Source: an uncultured delta proteobacterium
GTDB lineage: Bacteria; Desulfobacterota; Binatia; UBA9968
Reading direction: 5' to 3'
Length of the DNA stretch: 64,000 nt
Assembly: GCA_963760795.1 (NCBI GenBank)
Contig: CAVXEP010000019.1
Coordinates: 224,001 to 288,000, forward strand
Within the stretch, counting starts at the first letter, position 1. Each line of letters opens with the position of its first letter. The notes below the pieces were generated by a model that searched no databases, had not been told where the DNA came from, and was given only the letters and a program-made list of their open reading frames with translations. This document shows, in pieces, positions 20,964-31,279 of the stretch. Both the position numbers and the translations under genes were made by a program.

Positions 20964-21317
20964 TTAACGAAGGATATTAACATGACGTTCCTGCTCTTTT
21001 TGAAACTTGTAAAACTCGGATTCGGGAATCCCCAAGATTGTCAGCGCGTGGCGTAATCTAGCGTCTTCATTATTGCTGTCCATAAATAGTTCTTGTGCCG
21101 TGCTGTGAGCGATTGGCAGAGATTTACGCAAGCCGACAAGGGTAGCGGGCGCCATTTCCGCTGAGGAAAATTTAGCGCCCCAAGCGGTCCGACTTGTTGC
21201 TGTTCGGTTGATGGTATAGCCATGGCGGTATCTGAGCCGACCACGCGTTATTTCTCGACAAATTGTTTCCTCTCTAGAAACTGCGTCTACAGACCTCACT
21301 TGCTTGCTTGAGCCCAT
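20964..21317 (-). CDS. Possible orphan hypothetical protein
   Basis: 117-aa ATG-initiated ORF in a less GC-rich gap; no motif recognised. Confidence 0.25.
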   Translation of the reverse strand: MGSSKQVRSVDAVSREETICREITRGRLRYRHGYTINRTATSRTAWGAKFSSAEMAPATLVGLRKSLPIAHSTAQELFMDSNNEDARLRHALTILGIPESEFYKFQKEQERHVNILR

Positions 21318-21529
21318 CTAAAATCGGCCCATAATCAGGCCGATGGAAATCTCGGCTTGGACAACAGCAGGCCAGCAATCCGGTCCGTTGAAGTTGTCTT
21401 GCGTGATCCGCTGAAGGCGCCGAAGTGCGGCAAGCGTCGGGATTACCTCACTTTCATTATGCACTCACTTATATTAAGGAATAGGCGTCATATTCGAATC
21501 GTTGTCAAAAGATTTGGGGGTTCAGCGCT

Positions 21530-22492
21530 ATGAAAATCTCCCGTCGACATTTTCTCACTAAACTCTCCGTCGGTGTCGCCGGTTTATCGCTGGCGCGCGA
21601 TTTCGCGTCGGCGCAGGTCAAGGGCAAGGTGGGTTACATGAAGATCGTCGACAATGCGGCGATGTTCATGGCGATGGAAAAAGGTTTCTTCAAAGCGGAA
21701 GGCATCGAATTGGAAACCGTGCCGATGGCCGGCGGCGCGGTGATTGTCCAGGGCGTGACATCGGGCGATTTGCAATTTGGCTGGACCAACGTGATCTCGC
21801 TCTACCAGGCCCATGCCGAAGGTTTCGACTTCAAGCTCGTCGCCGGCGGCGCTACCAACATTCGCGGCAGCAATGAAACCCATGCGATCGTCGTCGGCAA
21901 GGATTCGCCGATCAAAAGCGCCAAGGATCTCGAAGGCAAGACCGTCGCGGTCAACACGCTTAACAACATTGTCCATCTGATGGCGCTCGCCTGGGTCGAC
22001 AAAAACGGCGGTAACTCGACCAAGGTTAAGTTCGTCGAGATTCCTTTCCCGCAAATGGAGCCATCGTTAATCGCGGGCAAAGTTGACGCCATTAGCGTGC
22101 ACGAACCCTTCGCCGCGGTGGCGGCACGCCGGCCGGAGGCCCGCGTGCTGGCGAATCCCTGGGGCGACGTCCTGCCGCGCTTTTTGATCGCCAGCTGGTT
22201 CGCTTCCGACAAATGGATTCAGAAGAACCGCGGCGTCGCGCAGGGGTTTGTGCGCGCGATCAATCGCGGCGTCGATGCCCTCCGCGCCGATAAAGAAGGC
22301 GCCCGCGCGGCGATGATCAAGTGGGCCGGCCTCAACCCCGATTTCGCCGGCAAGATCGGCTTGCCGGAATTTGAAAAATCGATTGCCGAAAAAGATGTCC
22401 AAGTGACCATGGACTTGACCTACAAGTACAAGATGATCTCCAAGCCGCTTAAAGCCAAGGATGTGCTCAGCGACCTGGCGGGAAAAGCGTAA
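21530..22492 (+). CDS. NitT/TauT (SsuA/THI5-like) ABC substrate-binding protein with Tat-like signal
   Basis: SRRHFL signal, [38 protein letters not shown]. Confidence 0.9.
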   Translation: MKISRRHFLTKLSVGVAGLSLARDFASAQVKGKVGYMKIVDNAAMFMAMEKGFFKAEGIELETVPMAGGAVIVQGVTSGDLQFGWTNVISLYQAHAEGFDFKLVAGGATNIRGSNETHAIVVGKDSPIKSAKDLEGKTVAVNTLNNIVHLMALAWVDKNGGNSTKVKFVEIPFPQMEPSLIAGKVDAISVHEPFAAVAARRPEARVLANPWGDVLPRFLIASWFASDKWIQKNRGVAQGFVRAINRGVDALRADKEGARAAMIKWAGLNPDFAGKIGLPEFEKSIAEKDVQVTMDLTYKYKMISKPLKAKDVLSDLAGKA

Positions 22493-22502
22493 AAGCCTAG
22501 TC

Positions 22503-22561
22503 GGGGTAATGGGTTCGGAAACACCCAACACCCCGTTACTGCATCACTCCAATACTCCATT
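22503..22561. repeat. TGGAGTNN-octamer mirrored repeat
   Basis: GGGGTAATGGG-TTCGGAAA-CACCCAACACCCCGTTACTGCATCACTCCAATACTCCATT. Confidence 0.7.
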
Positions 22562-22574
22562 CTGCTACTCTTCC

Positions 22575-23360
22575 GTGCCCATTCTCGACGTTCAATCGCT
22601 TTCGAAAAGCTACCGGCAAGCCGGTGGCGAGACTACCGTGGCGATTGGCAATATTACTTGCCAGATCGAGGCCGGTGAGTTTGTTTCCTTCGTCGGCCCT
22701 TCCGGCTGCGGCAAGACGACGCTGTTGATGTCCATCGCAGGTTTGTTGGCACCGAGTTCCGGACGCGTCATCGTCAACGGTAAGGAAGTCAGCGGGCCGC
22801 CGGCCAACTTGGTGCTGTTGTTTCAGGAGTACAATAAGTCGCTGTTCGCCTGGCGGTCGGTGCTGGGCAACGTGCGCTTCGGTTTGGCAGCGCGCGGCGC
22901 GCGCTCAAGGGGGGCGGCGGCAGCGGAAGATGAGGCGCGCAAGCTGATCGAGCTGGTCGGCTTGAAAGGATTTGAAACCCACTATCCTTGGGAACTCTCC
23001 GGTGGCATGCAGCAGCGGGTGGCGATCGCCCGGGCGCTCGCCTACGAGCCGGAAGTTTTGTTGATGGATGAACCGTTCGGTTCTCTCGATGCCCTGACGC
23101 GGCTGGAGCTCGAAGACACGCTCCTGCGGCTGTGGGCGGAACTCAAGACGACGATCCTGTTCATCACCCACGATATCGAAGAAGCGATTTATCTTTCCGA
23201 CCGCATCTGGGTGCTCAGCCGGCGGCCGTCACAAATCATTCAAGAACTCAAAAGTGATTTTCCCCGGCCGCGCCATCAAGTGACGACCCGCGCTGAAGCG
23301 CGCTTCATGGAGCTGCGCAACGACATATACCGCCAGATCGGTAACCAGGGTGCGCCGTGA
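22575..23360 (+). CDS. NitT/TauT ABC transporter ATP-binding protein
   Basis: [36 protein letters not shown]; GTG start inferred at 22575. Confidence 0.93.
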   Translation: MPILDVQSLSKSYRQAGGETTVAIGNITCQIEAGEFVSFVGPSGCGKTTLLMSIAGLLAPSSGRVIVNGKEVSGPPANLVLLFQEYNKSLFAWRSVLGNVRFGLAARGARSRGAAAAEDEARKLIELVGLKGFETHYPWELSGGMQQRVAIARALAYEPEVLLMDEPFGSLDALTRLELEDTLLRLWAELKTTILFITHDIEEAIYLSDRIWVLSRRPSQIIQELKSDFPRPRHQVTTRAEARFMELRNDIYRQIGNQGAP

Positions 23361-24136
23361 ACCAGGCGAAACCTTTCAACTGGCCGGGATGGTCGAGCTT
23401 CGCATTGTTGCTTCTTTTTTGGGAGCTCAGCGCTCGTGCCACGCCCAAGCTCGAAGTCTACTTCCCGCCGGTGAGCCGGATTCTCGGCGCTCTCGGGCAA
23501 GCCCTCACCGTGGGTTCGATTACAAGTCATGCGCTGGTCACGTTGACGCGCTTTGCCGAAGGTTTCTTGCTTGCTGCGGTCCTGGCGGTGCTGTCTGGAG
23601 TCGTGCTTGGCTATTTTCGCTTCTTGAATAGCTTGTTGGCGACGCTGATTGAATTGCTGCGGCCGATGCCGTCGGTGGCGATCATTCCGGTGGCGATTCT
23701 GTTACTCGGCATCGGCGACGGCATGATCGTCAGCGTCACGGTCTATGCCAGCCTCTGGCCGATTCTCATCAACACCATCGACGGTGTGCGTAACATCGAC
23801 CACACGCTGATCGATACCGGCCGCACCTTCGGTCTCAGCCGCTGGCGGATTCTCTGGCAAATCATTCTGCCTGGCGCGTCGCCCTATATCGTCACCGGAC
23901 TGCGCATCGGCTTGTCCATCGCGCTGATCCTCGTCACCACTGCCGAGATGATCGCCGGCAGCAAGGGGCTGGGCTTCTTTATTCTCGATGAAGAACGGGC
24001 GATGAACAGCGCCAACATGTATTCCGGTATCGTGGTCGTCGCGCTATTGGGCTACGCTCTCAACCGGCTGTTCTTGTGGCTCGAAAGCCGCGCTATGAAA
24101 TGGCGCCATGGCATGATGGCGCGGCAGGCGGCGTGA
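23357..24136 (+). CDS. NitT/TauT ABC transporter permease
   Basis: [30 protein letters not shown]. Confidence 0.92.
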   Translation: MNQAKPFNWPGWSSFALLLLFWELSARATPKLEVYFPPVSRILGALGQALTVGSITSHALVTLTRFAEGFLLAAVLAVLSGVVLGYFRFLNSLLATLIELLRPMPSVAIIPVAILLLGIGDGMIVSVTVYASLWPILINTIDGVRNIDHTLIDTGRTFGLSRWRILWQIILPGASPYIVTGLRIGLSIALILVTTAEMIAGSKGLGFFILDEERAMNSANMYSGIVVVALLGYALNRLFLWLESRAMKWRHGMMARQAA

Positions 24137-24897
24137 TGGGACTACGGCGATTCAACGGCATTGCGTTTCTCTTGGCGCTTCTAACCCTCTGGGAGCTGGC
24201 TGCCCAGGCTGAGTGGATCAATGCGCTGATCGTGCCACCGCCGTCGAAGATTCTCAGTATATTTTCCGAGCTGCTCTGGTCCGGACAGATTCCGATACAG
24301 ATCCTCGTCAGTATGAAGCGAGCGTTGACAGGCTACTTCCTCGCCGCCGTGGTGTTTATCCCGCTGGGAATCTTCATGGGACTCTCACCATCGGTTTACC
24401 GCCTTTGCGAAGTCGTCGTTGAGATGCTTCGACCGGTGCCGCCGCCGGTGGTGATCCCGGTAGCAATGTTGTTTTTCGGCTTGGGAGACGAAATGAAGAT
24501 ATTTGTGATTTTCTTTTCCTGCGCCTGGCCGATTCTCTTAAATACCATTGACGGTGTGCGCGGCATCGACTGGGTGCTCTTGAACACCGCCAGAACTTTC
24601 GGCTTGTCGCGCGGTAAAATTATCTGGCAAGTGATCTTGCCGGCTGGTTCGCCGCAGATCGTCACCGGACTGCGGGTGAGTTTACCGATCATGCTGATTC
24701 TCGTGGTGATCTCGGAAATGGTCGGTAGCACCGATGGCATCGGCTACTTTGTGCTGGATTCCCAACGCCGCTTCAAGGTCGCGCAAATGTATGCCGGCAT
24801 GTTCGCTCTGGCGCTCCTGGGCTACACGCTCAATCAGCTATTCAATCTTTTGCAGCGGTTGTTGCTGCCGTGGCAGCGGGGCAGGGAATTGGAATAA
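24136..24897 (+). CDS. NitT/TauT ABC transporter permease
   Basis: LRPVPPPVVIP, NTIDGVRG, SEMVGSTDGIG; TGATG overlap with the upstream gene. Confidence 0.92.
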   Translation: MGLRRFNGIAFLLALLTLWELAAQAEWINALIVPPPSKILSIFSELLWSGQIPIQILVSMKRALTGYFLAAVVFIPLGIFMGLSPSVYRLCEVVVEMLRPVPPPVVIPVAMLFFGLGDEMKIFVIFFSCAWPILLNTIDGVRGIDWVLLNTARTFGLSRGKIIWQVILPAGSPQIVTGLRVSLPIMLILVVISEMVGSTDGIGYFVLDSQRRFKVAQMYAGMFALALLGYTLNQLFNLLQRLLLPWQRGRELE

Positions 24898-25007
24898 TGG
24901 AGTACTGGAGTAGCGGGGGATTGGAGTAATCGAGTGTTGGAGTAGTGGAGTGATGGATTCCGGAATTGTATTGTCCTCCAGTACTCCATCGCTCCAACAC
25001 TCCATTC
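24890..25007. repeat. TGGAGTNN-octamer mirrored repeat (largest copy)
   Basis: Eight degenerate TGGAGTNN units, then TTCCGGAA, then about four inverted NNACTCCA units, between convergent genes. Confidence 0.85.
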
Positions 25008-25011
25008 TTCC

Positions 25012-25923
25012 TCAGACGATATGCATGCCGCCTCCGGGAGGCGGGGTCGGCTGATTTTTGCCGGGGAGCCAGGGTACGTCTTTGCGCGGGCTGTTGCCGA
25101 CGACTTTGAACTTGGCCCGGCCCATGTTGGCGAACTCGATCTCGATGGTGTCGCCGGAGTTGACCGGCGCTAATCCCTCATGAAATGTTCCGGTGGCGAC
25201 GACGTCGCCGGGACTGAGTGTCAAGAGTTTGGTCAGCCAAGCGATCTGATTAGGAATCTTATGGGCCATGGCGCTGGTATTATAGTTTTGCCGTGGCTCG
25301 CCGTTGGTCCAGGATTTCACGTTGACGTTATGGGGATCGGGAATCTCATCCTTGGTGATGATCCACGGACCGCAGCAGCCATGGGAACCTTGGCCTTTAC
25401 CGACGAATTGGGTCCGCCGCACCATGCCACGGGTCGAGATATCGAACATCGGCACATAGCCGAAAACATAGTCGAGGGCCTTTTTTTCGGTAACATCCTT
25501 GGCGGTCTTGCCGATGACGAAGGCGAACTCGGCTTCGGGTTGATAGACGACGCAAGCGGGAATATCGCGCAGTTCGACTTGACCGTCGGGGCCGACGAGG
25601 TCCGGTGATTTGTAAAAATATTCATTGGGAAAGTTGTCGGCGGTACGTTCGGGCCGGTCGATGTAGTTGCTGAAAGCGGCAAGGCATTTGCCGGGCCGCG
25701 CCAGCGGACTGAGTAGTTGGACGCTCGCCAGTGGCACGCCGTCCTGCTCGGCCAGAACCTTTTCAAACCGTTTACGATATTTGCGCCAGCCGTCGATGAT
25801 CTCTTCCATTACCCGCTGCGGGCCTTTGGCTTTGCGCGCGCTGACGGTGTTGCTGACATCCACGACCATGTTGTCGTTTTTGATCACGCCAATCTGATCG
25901 TCGTTGAAACGAAGAATCTTCAC
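25012..25923 (-). CDS. Fumarylacetoacetate hydrolase family protein
   Basis: PEAEFAFVIGK, ALDYVFGY..DISTR, GPWIITKDEIPDP, TLSPGDVVATGT. Confidence 0.9.
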   Translation of the reverse strand: MKILRFNDDQIGVIKNDNMVVDVSNTVSARKAKGPQRVMEEIIDGWRKYRKRFEKVLAEQDGVPLASVQLLSPLARPGKCLAAFSNYIDRPERTADNFPNEYFYKSPDLVGPDGQVELRDIPACVVYQPEAEFAFVIGKTAKDVTEKKALDYVFGYVPMFDISTRGMVRRTQFVGKGQGSHGCCGPWIITKDEIPDPHNVNVKSWTNGEPRQNYNTSAMAHKIPNQIAWLTKLLTLSPGDVVATGTFHEGLAPVNSGDTIEIEFANMGRAKFKVVGNSPRKDVPWLPGKNQPTPPPGGGMHIV

Positions 25924-26136
25924 GTTAATCTCCTCTCGGCCCAATTTCCGCATATCTTTGCGACAACCGGATGGGCTTGTCAAACTGAAAATCCCGGCGC
26001 AATTGCGGCAAAGGAGAACTACGCGCGCCGCGGTCGCGCGCGATGTTGTCGGATGGAATCGTTCGTGGTCGCGCTTGCTTCGGCGAGCGGCTAGGGAGTA
26101 GTGGCTATGCGGGGGCGAACGTCAAAGGCAGAGGAT

Positions 26137-27129
26137 TTATTGACCGAAACGCTGCAATTCGGCATTGGCGGCGTGAAAGAACGGCGTGTTGGGCGGGCAT
26201 TGGCTCCTGGCAGCCAGCAGCCGGGCAATCGCTTCGTCCTTGGCGCCCTTGAGCAGCTTGGCTTCAGCGACGTAGAAATTGGCTTGGCATTGCTGCTCCA
26301 TTTTCACCGTCTCTTCGGCTGTCTCAGTGGCGGCGTACAAGGAAGACTCGTCGATTTTGCCGAGATAATATTCGAATACGGCCGCTGGCCAGCGTTTATC
26401 CAGCCCGGCGCGCGCTGATTGCTCGGCAAGCTCGCGCGCGGCACTGCGATCGTCATTGGCTTTACCCAAGGCCAGATAGCGCCACAGCGCCGCGTGGCGA
26501 TTGTCCGGTTTGGCGCGGACCACTTGCTGTAGCGTCTGGGCGCTCTGGAGAAAGCGGCCTTGGAAAAATAACAGATCCGCCATCGGATGAGGATCGACGG
26601 CACTGAAGCCTAAGCGCATGGCTTCTGCGTAGTCGTCCACAGCCTGATCGTAGTTGCCGGCGTCCCGGTGGGCGATGGCGCGATCGCGCAGCGTCAAAAC
26701 GTTCAGCGGTTCGAGGGCGAGAGCGTTGTCGAAGTCCTTTAGTGCTTGGCGGTAGTCACGGCTCCCTTGGTGGGCGAGGGCGCGCTGGTGCAAAGCGCTG
26801 GCGAAAGAACTGTCCTGGGAGATCGCCTTGTCAAAGTCGTGTATCGCCTGGGTGAAGTCCTTCTGCTTCGCAAAAATCTGCCCACGCAGGTAGTAGGCCT
26901 GGGTATAGTATGGGTTGAGTTGGATCGCCGCGTGCAAATCTTCCAGGGCACGCTTATGGTTGCCGTCGTTGAGATTACCCAAGGCGCGCTGGTGCAGACT
27001 GGCGGCGTCGCTCAATTGTTCGTCATTGGCCACCCGGTTGTGCGCCAGCTCGCCTGGCACTTGAGCTGCAGCGATATGGGTGAACTGGAGTGCGGCGGCG
27101 AAGAGAGTCATTCCTATGACGTTGGGCAT
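26137..27129 (-). CDS. TPR protein, NlpI-like
   Basis: TPR repeats (AIQLNPYYTQAYYLRG; AIHDFDKAI) and an NlpI-like C-terminus (AALWRYLA, WPAAVFEYYLG, CQANFYVAE). Confidence 0.82.
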   Translation of the reverse strand: MPNVIGMTLFAAALQFTHIAAAQVPGELAHNRVANDEQLSDAASLHQRALGNLNDGNHKRALEDLHAAIQLNPYYTQAYYLRGQIFAKQKDFTQAIHDFDKAISQDSSFASALHQRALAHQGSRDYRQALKDFDNALALEPLNVLTLRDRAIAHRDAGNYDQAVDDYAEAMRLGFSAVDPHPMADLLFFQGRFLQSAQTLQQVVRAKPDNRHAALWRYLALGKANDDRSAARELAEQSARAGLDKRWPAAVFEYYLGKIDESSLYAATETAEETVKMEQQCQANFYVAEAKLLKGAKDEAIARLLAARSQCPPNTPFFHAANAELQRFGQ

Positions 27130-27419
27130 AGAGGTCCTTCTGAGCAAAACCGGTGCCACGCGCCTGACGACAGATTGATGAGCTTCTGGCAGATTCGCTG
27201 CATCAATCCTGCCGAAAACATCCGGGTTCCCCTCGGCGGGCGGACGTGGGACGGGAGCTGCAACCTGCGTTGGGCAAAATTGTCAGCGCTGCGTCTGCGT
27301 TTATGCAGGAATAATCATGCACCCTAGCCATGACTTGAATGTCACTATCGCTGGGGCGTATAGAACTAAAGCGCAGCGAAATTTCATTTCGAGCCCTCTT
27401 CGTCAGTCTTGGAGGTTGA

Positions 27420-28508
27420 ATGTTACTGATCAATAATCAGGAAGTGGAAAAACTGTTTTCGATGAAAGATTGTCTCGCCGCCCTTGAAGACGGCTACGAC
27501 GATCTGATGATTGGCGACGCGGTCTATCGGCCGCGTTTGGATTTGTGGATGCCCTGCGAACGGCCCGACGGCTACTGGCGCTGGGGCACCATGGAAGGCG
27601 CGAGTCGCAAGATCGGCGTGTTCGCGATCCGTATGAAATCGGATGTGGTTTACTGGCCCGGCGGCGAGACCGAAGAAAAGTATTGCATGCAGCCCGGCAC
27701 CTGGTGCGGTTTGGTGATGGTCTTCAGCGTGCGCAACGGCGAACCGCTGGCGATGATCAATGACGGTTTGCTGCAACATATGCGAGTCGGCGGCTGCGCC
27801 GGTCTCGGCGTAAAATATCTTGCCCGCGAGGACGCCTGTGATGTCGGTATCTTCGGCTCCGGCGGCATGGCGCGCAGCTATCTGGAAGCGATTTACCAAG
27901 TGCGCAAGCTGCACAAGGTGAAAGTCTACAGCCCGACAAAGGCGAACCGCGATCGATTTGCCCAGGAGATGACCGGCAAACTCGACATCGAAGTCGTGGC
28001 GGTGGACGCGCCGGAAAAAGTCGTGCGCGACGCCGACATCGTGGCGACCTGCACGGACTCGACGCAAACGGTTTTCGACAACCCCGAATGGCTGAAAGAA
28101 GGCGCGCATATTACCTGCGTGCGCGCCTGCGAGGTCGGGCCCAAAGTGATCAAGCAATGCGACCTGTCGGTGAAGCTCGGCAGAAATACGATCGAAGCGA
28201 TGGACGAAGGCATGGTCCGTCTCCACGGCAACGTCGGCTACATCGCCGGCCAGCCGGAAGAGCGGGCGCGCATCCCCAATCCGGCGGTGGATAATTACAA
28301 GGGCGACTATTTCAAATACTTCATGGACGTGCGCTCCGGCAAGGTCCCCGGACGGCAGAACAATAAACAGGTGACTTTCTTCATCAACGCCGGCACCCAA
28401 GGACTGCAATTCGCCGCCTGCGCCGGCAAGGTGGTCGAGCTGGCGAAGAAAGCCAAGGTCGGTCGGGAGCTGCCGACGGAGTGGTTTTTACAGGATATCC
28501 GGGATTAA
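27420..28508 (+). CDS. Ornithine cyclodeaminase / mu-crystallin family protein
   Basis: GEPLAMINDGLLQHMRVG, YLAREDA, GIFGSGGMA, GLQFAA. Confidence 0.88.
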   Translation: MLLINNQEVEKLFSMKDCLAALEDGYDDLMIGDAVYRPRLDLWMPCERPDGYWRWGTMEGASRKIGVFAIRMKSDVVYWPGGETEEKYCMQPGTWCGLVMVFSVRNGEPLAMINDGLLQHMRVGGCAGLGVKYLAREDACDVGIFGSGGMARSYLEAIYQVRKLHKVKVYSPTKANRDRFAQEMTGKLDIEVVAVDAPEKVVRDADIVATCTDSTQTVFDNPEWLKEGAHITCVRACEVGPKVIKQCDLSVKLGRNTIEAMDEGMVRLHGNVGYIAGQPEERARIPNPAVDNYKGDYFKYFMDVRSGKVPGRQNNKQVTFFINAGTQGLQFAACAGKVVELAKKAKVGRELPTEWFLQDIRD

Positions 28509-28517
28509 CGGGATTAA

Positions 28518-28594
28518 GGGTCGAGAACGAGGATCGATAATCGAGAATGGAAAACTCTGAGTGTCCATCTGCCATTTTCCATCGTCGATCCTCG
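28518..28594. repeat. Mirrored 7-nt-period repeat (GAGGATC/GATCCTC-like) between convergent genes
   Basis: GAGGATCGATAATCGAGAATGGA ... TCCATCTGCCATTTTCCATCGTCGATCCTC. Confidence 0.6.
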
Positions 28595-28602
28595 GTTTAC
28601 TC

Positions 28603-28971
28603 TCAGTACCCCAAATCTTCGATCTCTTCTTCGTCCATGCCGAAGTAGTGGGCGATCTCGTGCAGCACCGTGAGACGAATTTCCTCGCGCAGTTCTTCGG
28701 GGTCGGGGAAGTCTTCTAAAAGTGGCTCGGCGAAGATGGTGATTTTGTCGGGCAAGAGCGGCGGATCGAGACTTGAGCGTTCCGGCAGCGGGATGCCCTG
28801 ATACAGACCGTAGAGGGTCTCTTCTTCAGGGTCCATATCCTCGGCGAGCAGGAGTTCTTCAGATGGCCGGTCTTCGACGACGAACTCGACGTTGCGTAGT
28901 TGCTCGCGGAATTGGCGCGGCAGCCGGTCGATGAGCCGGGCGACTTCTTTGCGAATATCTTGATGATTCAC
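28603..28971 (-). CDS. Minimal zincin metallopeptidase family protein
   Basis: LYGLYQGIPL, PDKITIF, TVLHEIAHYFG (HExxH). Confidence 0.88.
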   Translation of the reverse strand: MNHQDIRKEVARLIDRLPRQFREQLRNVEFVVEDRPSEELLLAEDMDPEEETLYGLYQGIPLPERSSLDPPLLPDKITIFAEPLLEDFPDPEELREEIRLTVLHEIAHYFGMDEEEIEDLGY

Positions 28972-28991
28972 CGCGGCTGAGTTTCCCGTAA

Positions 28992-30158
28992 ATGTTTCTG
29001 CGCTGCAAGCTCTCACAATTGTTTCTGGGCGTCGCGGTGGCCATCGCCGTGGCCGGCTGTGCGCTTCCGGTTACTGTGCCGTGGCCGGCGCTGCGCGACG
29101 ATCTCGACGTGGCGTCGCTGCGTTTGGCGATCGGCCACGGCATGAGTTATCTAAAAAAGTTGCCGCCGGAGCGGATCGTCGGCGAGCAGCCGCGACCGTT
29201 CACGGCGCGGGAGCTGCTCGACTCATTGATCACATTCGACCGATTGCTCGATCAGTGGCATTGCCGCGATTGCCTGGCGCGCGCGATCGCCGCGGCTTTC
29301 GAAATCATTCCATCGAGCGCTGCAGCGCATGAAGCGGAGGTCCTCTTCACCGGCTACTATCAGCCAGTGATCGATGGCAGTTTGACGCCGGGCGACGGAT
29401 TCGACTATGCGATTTACGGTGTGCCGGCGGATTTGTCAGGGCGGGAGCAAGCCGGCGCCAACGACGCTAAGAACGGTGAAACGACGCCCGGCAGGATCGA
29501 TAATGAACGGCCGGTAACGTATTATTCGCGCCGCGAGATCGACCAGCTCGGCGCCCTGCGCGGCCGCGCTCTCGAAATCGCCTGGGTCAAAGATCCCATC
29601 GATTTGTTCTTTCTCCATATCCAGGGCTCGGGTCTGTTGCGCTTGCGTGATGGCCGGGAGGTGACCGTCGGCTACGCGGCGCAGAACGGCTTGCCCTATC
29701 GCAGCATCGGCCGCTTGCTTATCGACGACGGCAAAGTTGCTAGAGAAGAGATGTCGATGCAGCGGCTGCGCCGTTACTTGGTGGAAAATCCCGGCGAGCA
29801 GAACGAGATATTCGCCTACAATGAGAGTTATGTTTTCTTTCGTTTCAATGAAGGCGGCCCGCTGGGCAGCCTCGGCGTGCCGGTTACCGCCGGCCGATCC
29901 ATCGCGACCGATTCACGATTGTTCCCACGCGGTGCGTTGGCGCTGGTGCAGATGGATATCCCCGTCATCGGCCCACAAGGTGAATTGGCGGGATGGCGGC
30001 CGGTTACACGTTTCGTGCTCAATCAAGATACCGGCGGGGCGATTCGCGGGCCGCAGCGGGCGGATTATTATTTTGGTACAGGCGATGAGGCTGGCGCACT
30101 GGCGGGATATATGAACCGGCAGGGGCGGCTATATTTCTTGGCGCGCAAACAGCGATGA
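28992..30158 (+). CDS. mltA: Membrane-bound lytic murein transglycosylase A
   Basis: Lipobox VAGC, FTGYYQP, FFLHIQGSG, NESYVFF, QDTGGAIRG..RADYYFGTG. Confidence 0.92.
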   Translation: MFLRCKLSQLFLGVAVAIAVAGCALPVTVPWPALRDDLDVASLRLAIGHGMSYLKKLPPERIVGEQPRPFTARELLDSLITFDRLLDQWHCRDCLARAIAAAFEIIPSSAAAHEAEVLFTGYYQPVIDGSLTPGDGFDYAIYGVPADLSGREQAGANDAKNGETTPGRIDNERPVTYYSRREIDQLGALRGRALEIAWVKDPIDLFFLHIQGSGLLRLRDGREVTVGYAAQNGLPYRSIGRLLIDDGKVAREEMSMQRLRRYLVENPGEQNEIFAYNESYVFFRFNEGGPLGSLGVPVTAGRSIATDSRLFPRGALALVQMDIPVIGPQGELAGWRPVTRFVLNQDTGGAIRGPQRADYYFGTGDEAGALAGYMNRQGRLYFLARKQR

Positions 30159-30240
30159 GACACAGACAGTTGCGGATTATTCTCAAGGCGTCTTGAGCCT
30201 TTCTCCGCGCGGGGGTAACTTAACAGCGATCCACGATTGC

Positions 30241-31113
30241 ATGGCGCGGCATACTGAAACACAGCGGTTGAAATGGGCTTTGATCATCAGTTCGGTCTAT
30301 TTCTTCGCCGAGTTGACCGCCGGTTTTCTCACCAACAGTTTGGCGTTGTTGTCCGACGCCGGCCATATGCTTTCTGACATCGGCGCTTTGGGGCTCAGCT
30401 TGTTCGCCTTCCGGGTCGCCAAGCGGCCGGCGACTCATCACAGCACTTACGGTTACCATCGCGTCGAAATTCTCGCGGCGCTGTTCAACGGCCTGACGCT
30501 TTGGCTGATCGTCGGCGTGATCTTCACTTCGGCCTACTATCGCTTGGCCAATCCGCCGGCGGTGGAAAGTTTCGGCATGATCGTCGTCGCGGTTATTGGG
30601 CTATTGGTCAATTTCGCCGCGGCGGCAATCCTCCACTCCGGCCATCAGCACAATCTCAACATGCGCGGCGCGTTTCTCCATGTCATAAGCGACGCCATCG
30701 GCTCGGTGGGCGCCATCGCCGCCGGCGCGATAATGTTGGCCACCGGCTGGTATCTGGCCGATCCGCTGATCAGTATGTTTATCGGCGCGCTGATTTTGTA
30801 CTCGTCCTGGAGCTTGATCAAAGACTCCCTCAGTGTGCTCATGCAGTCGGTGCCCAAAGGCATTCGTCTCGATGAAGTGCGCCAGACCATCGAAGCGGTG
30901 GACGGCGTCCACAAGGTTCACGACCTGCATGTTTGGGCGGTGACATCGGATATCTACACGCTGAGCGCCCATGCGGTGGTGGAGAACGGCGGCGACTTCC
31001 ATCAGGTGTTGAACGGCATCGAGGATACTTTGAAAGAGCGCTTTAACATCGAACATACGACGATCCAACTGGAAATCGAGAGCCGCGAGGACAAGGAGTT
31101 CAAGGATTTTTAG
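30241..31113 (+). CDS. czcD: Cation diffusion facilitator (CzcD/ZitB-like)
   Basis: SLALLSDAGHMLSD, NMRGAFLHVISD, VHDLHVW, HTTIQLE. Confidence 0.9.
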   Translation: MARHTETQRLKWALIISSVYFFAELTAGFLTNSLALLSDAGHMLSDIGALGLSLFAFRVAKRPATHHSTYGYHRVEILAALFNGLTLWLIVGVIFTSAYYRLANPPAVESFGMIVVAVIGLLVNFAAAAILHSGHQHNLNMRGAFLHVISDAIGSVGAIAAGAIMLATGWYLADPLISMFIGALILYSSWSLIKDSLSVLMQSVPKGIRLDEVRQTIEAVDGVHKVHDLHVWAVTSDIYTLSAHAVVENGGDFHQVLNGIEDTLKERFNIEHTTIQLEIESREDKEFKDF

Positions 31114-31173
31114 GATCGTTTCCACTACGAGCAACGAGCACGTTGTAGCCGAAACCAAAGTAGATAAGAGAAC

Positions 31174-31193
31174 TAGCCGCAAAGAACGCAAAG
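31174..31193 (+). repeat. Dispersed 20-nt repeat TAGCCGCAAAGAACGCAAAG, copy 2
   Basis: Identical to 8380-8399. Confidence 0.75.
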
Positions 31194-31279
31194 TTCACAA
31201 TAAGCGATCGGATCTGCATACAGGAAGCGTTTAAAACCCGCCCTCCTGATTTGGTTTTGAAGAGTTTGTCATTGTCTCC

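Noticed and set aside
24890-25007. Octamer arrays as a CRISPR array
   Set aside because: Units are 8 nt with no unique 25-45 nt spacers, and no cas genes are present.
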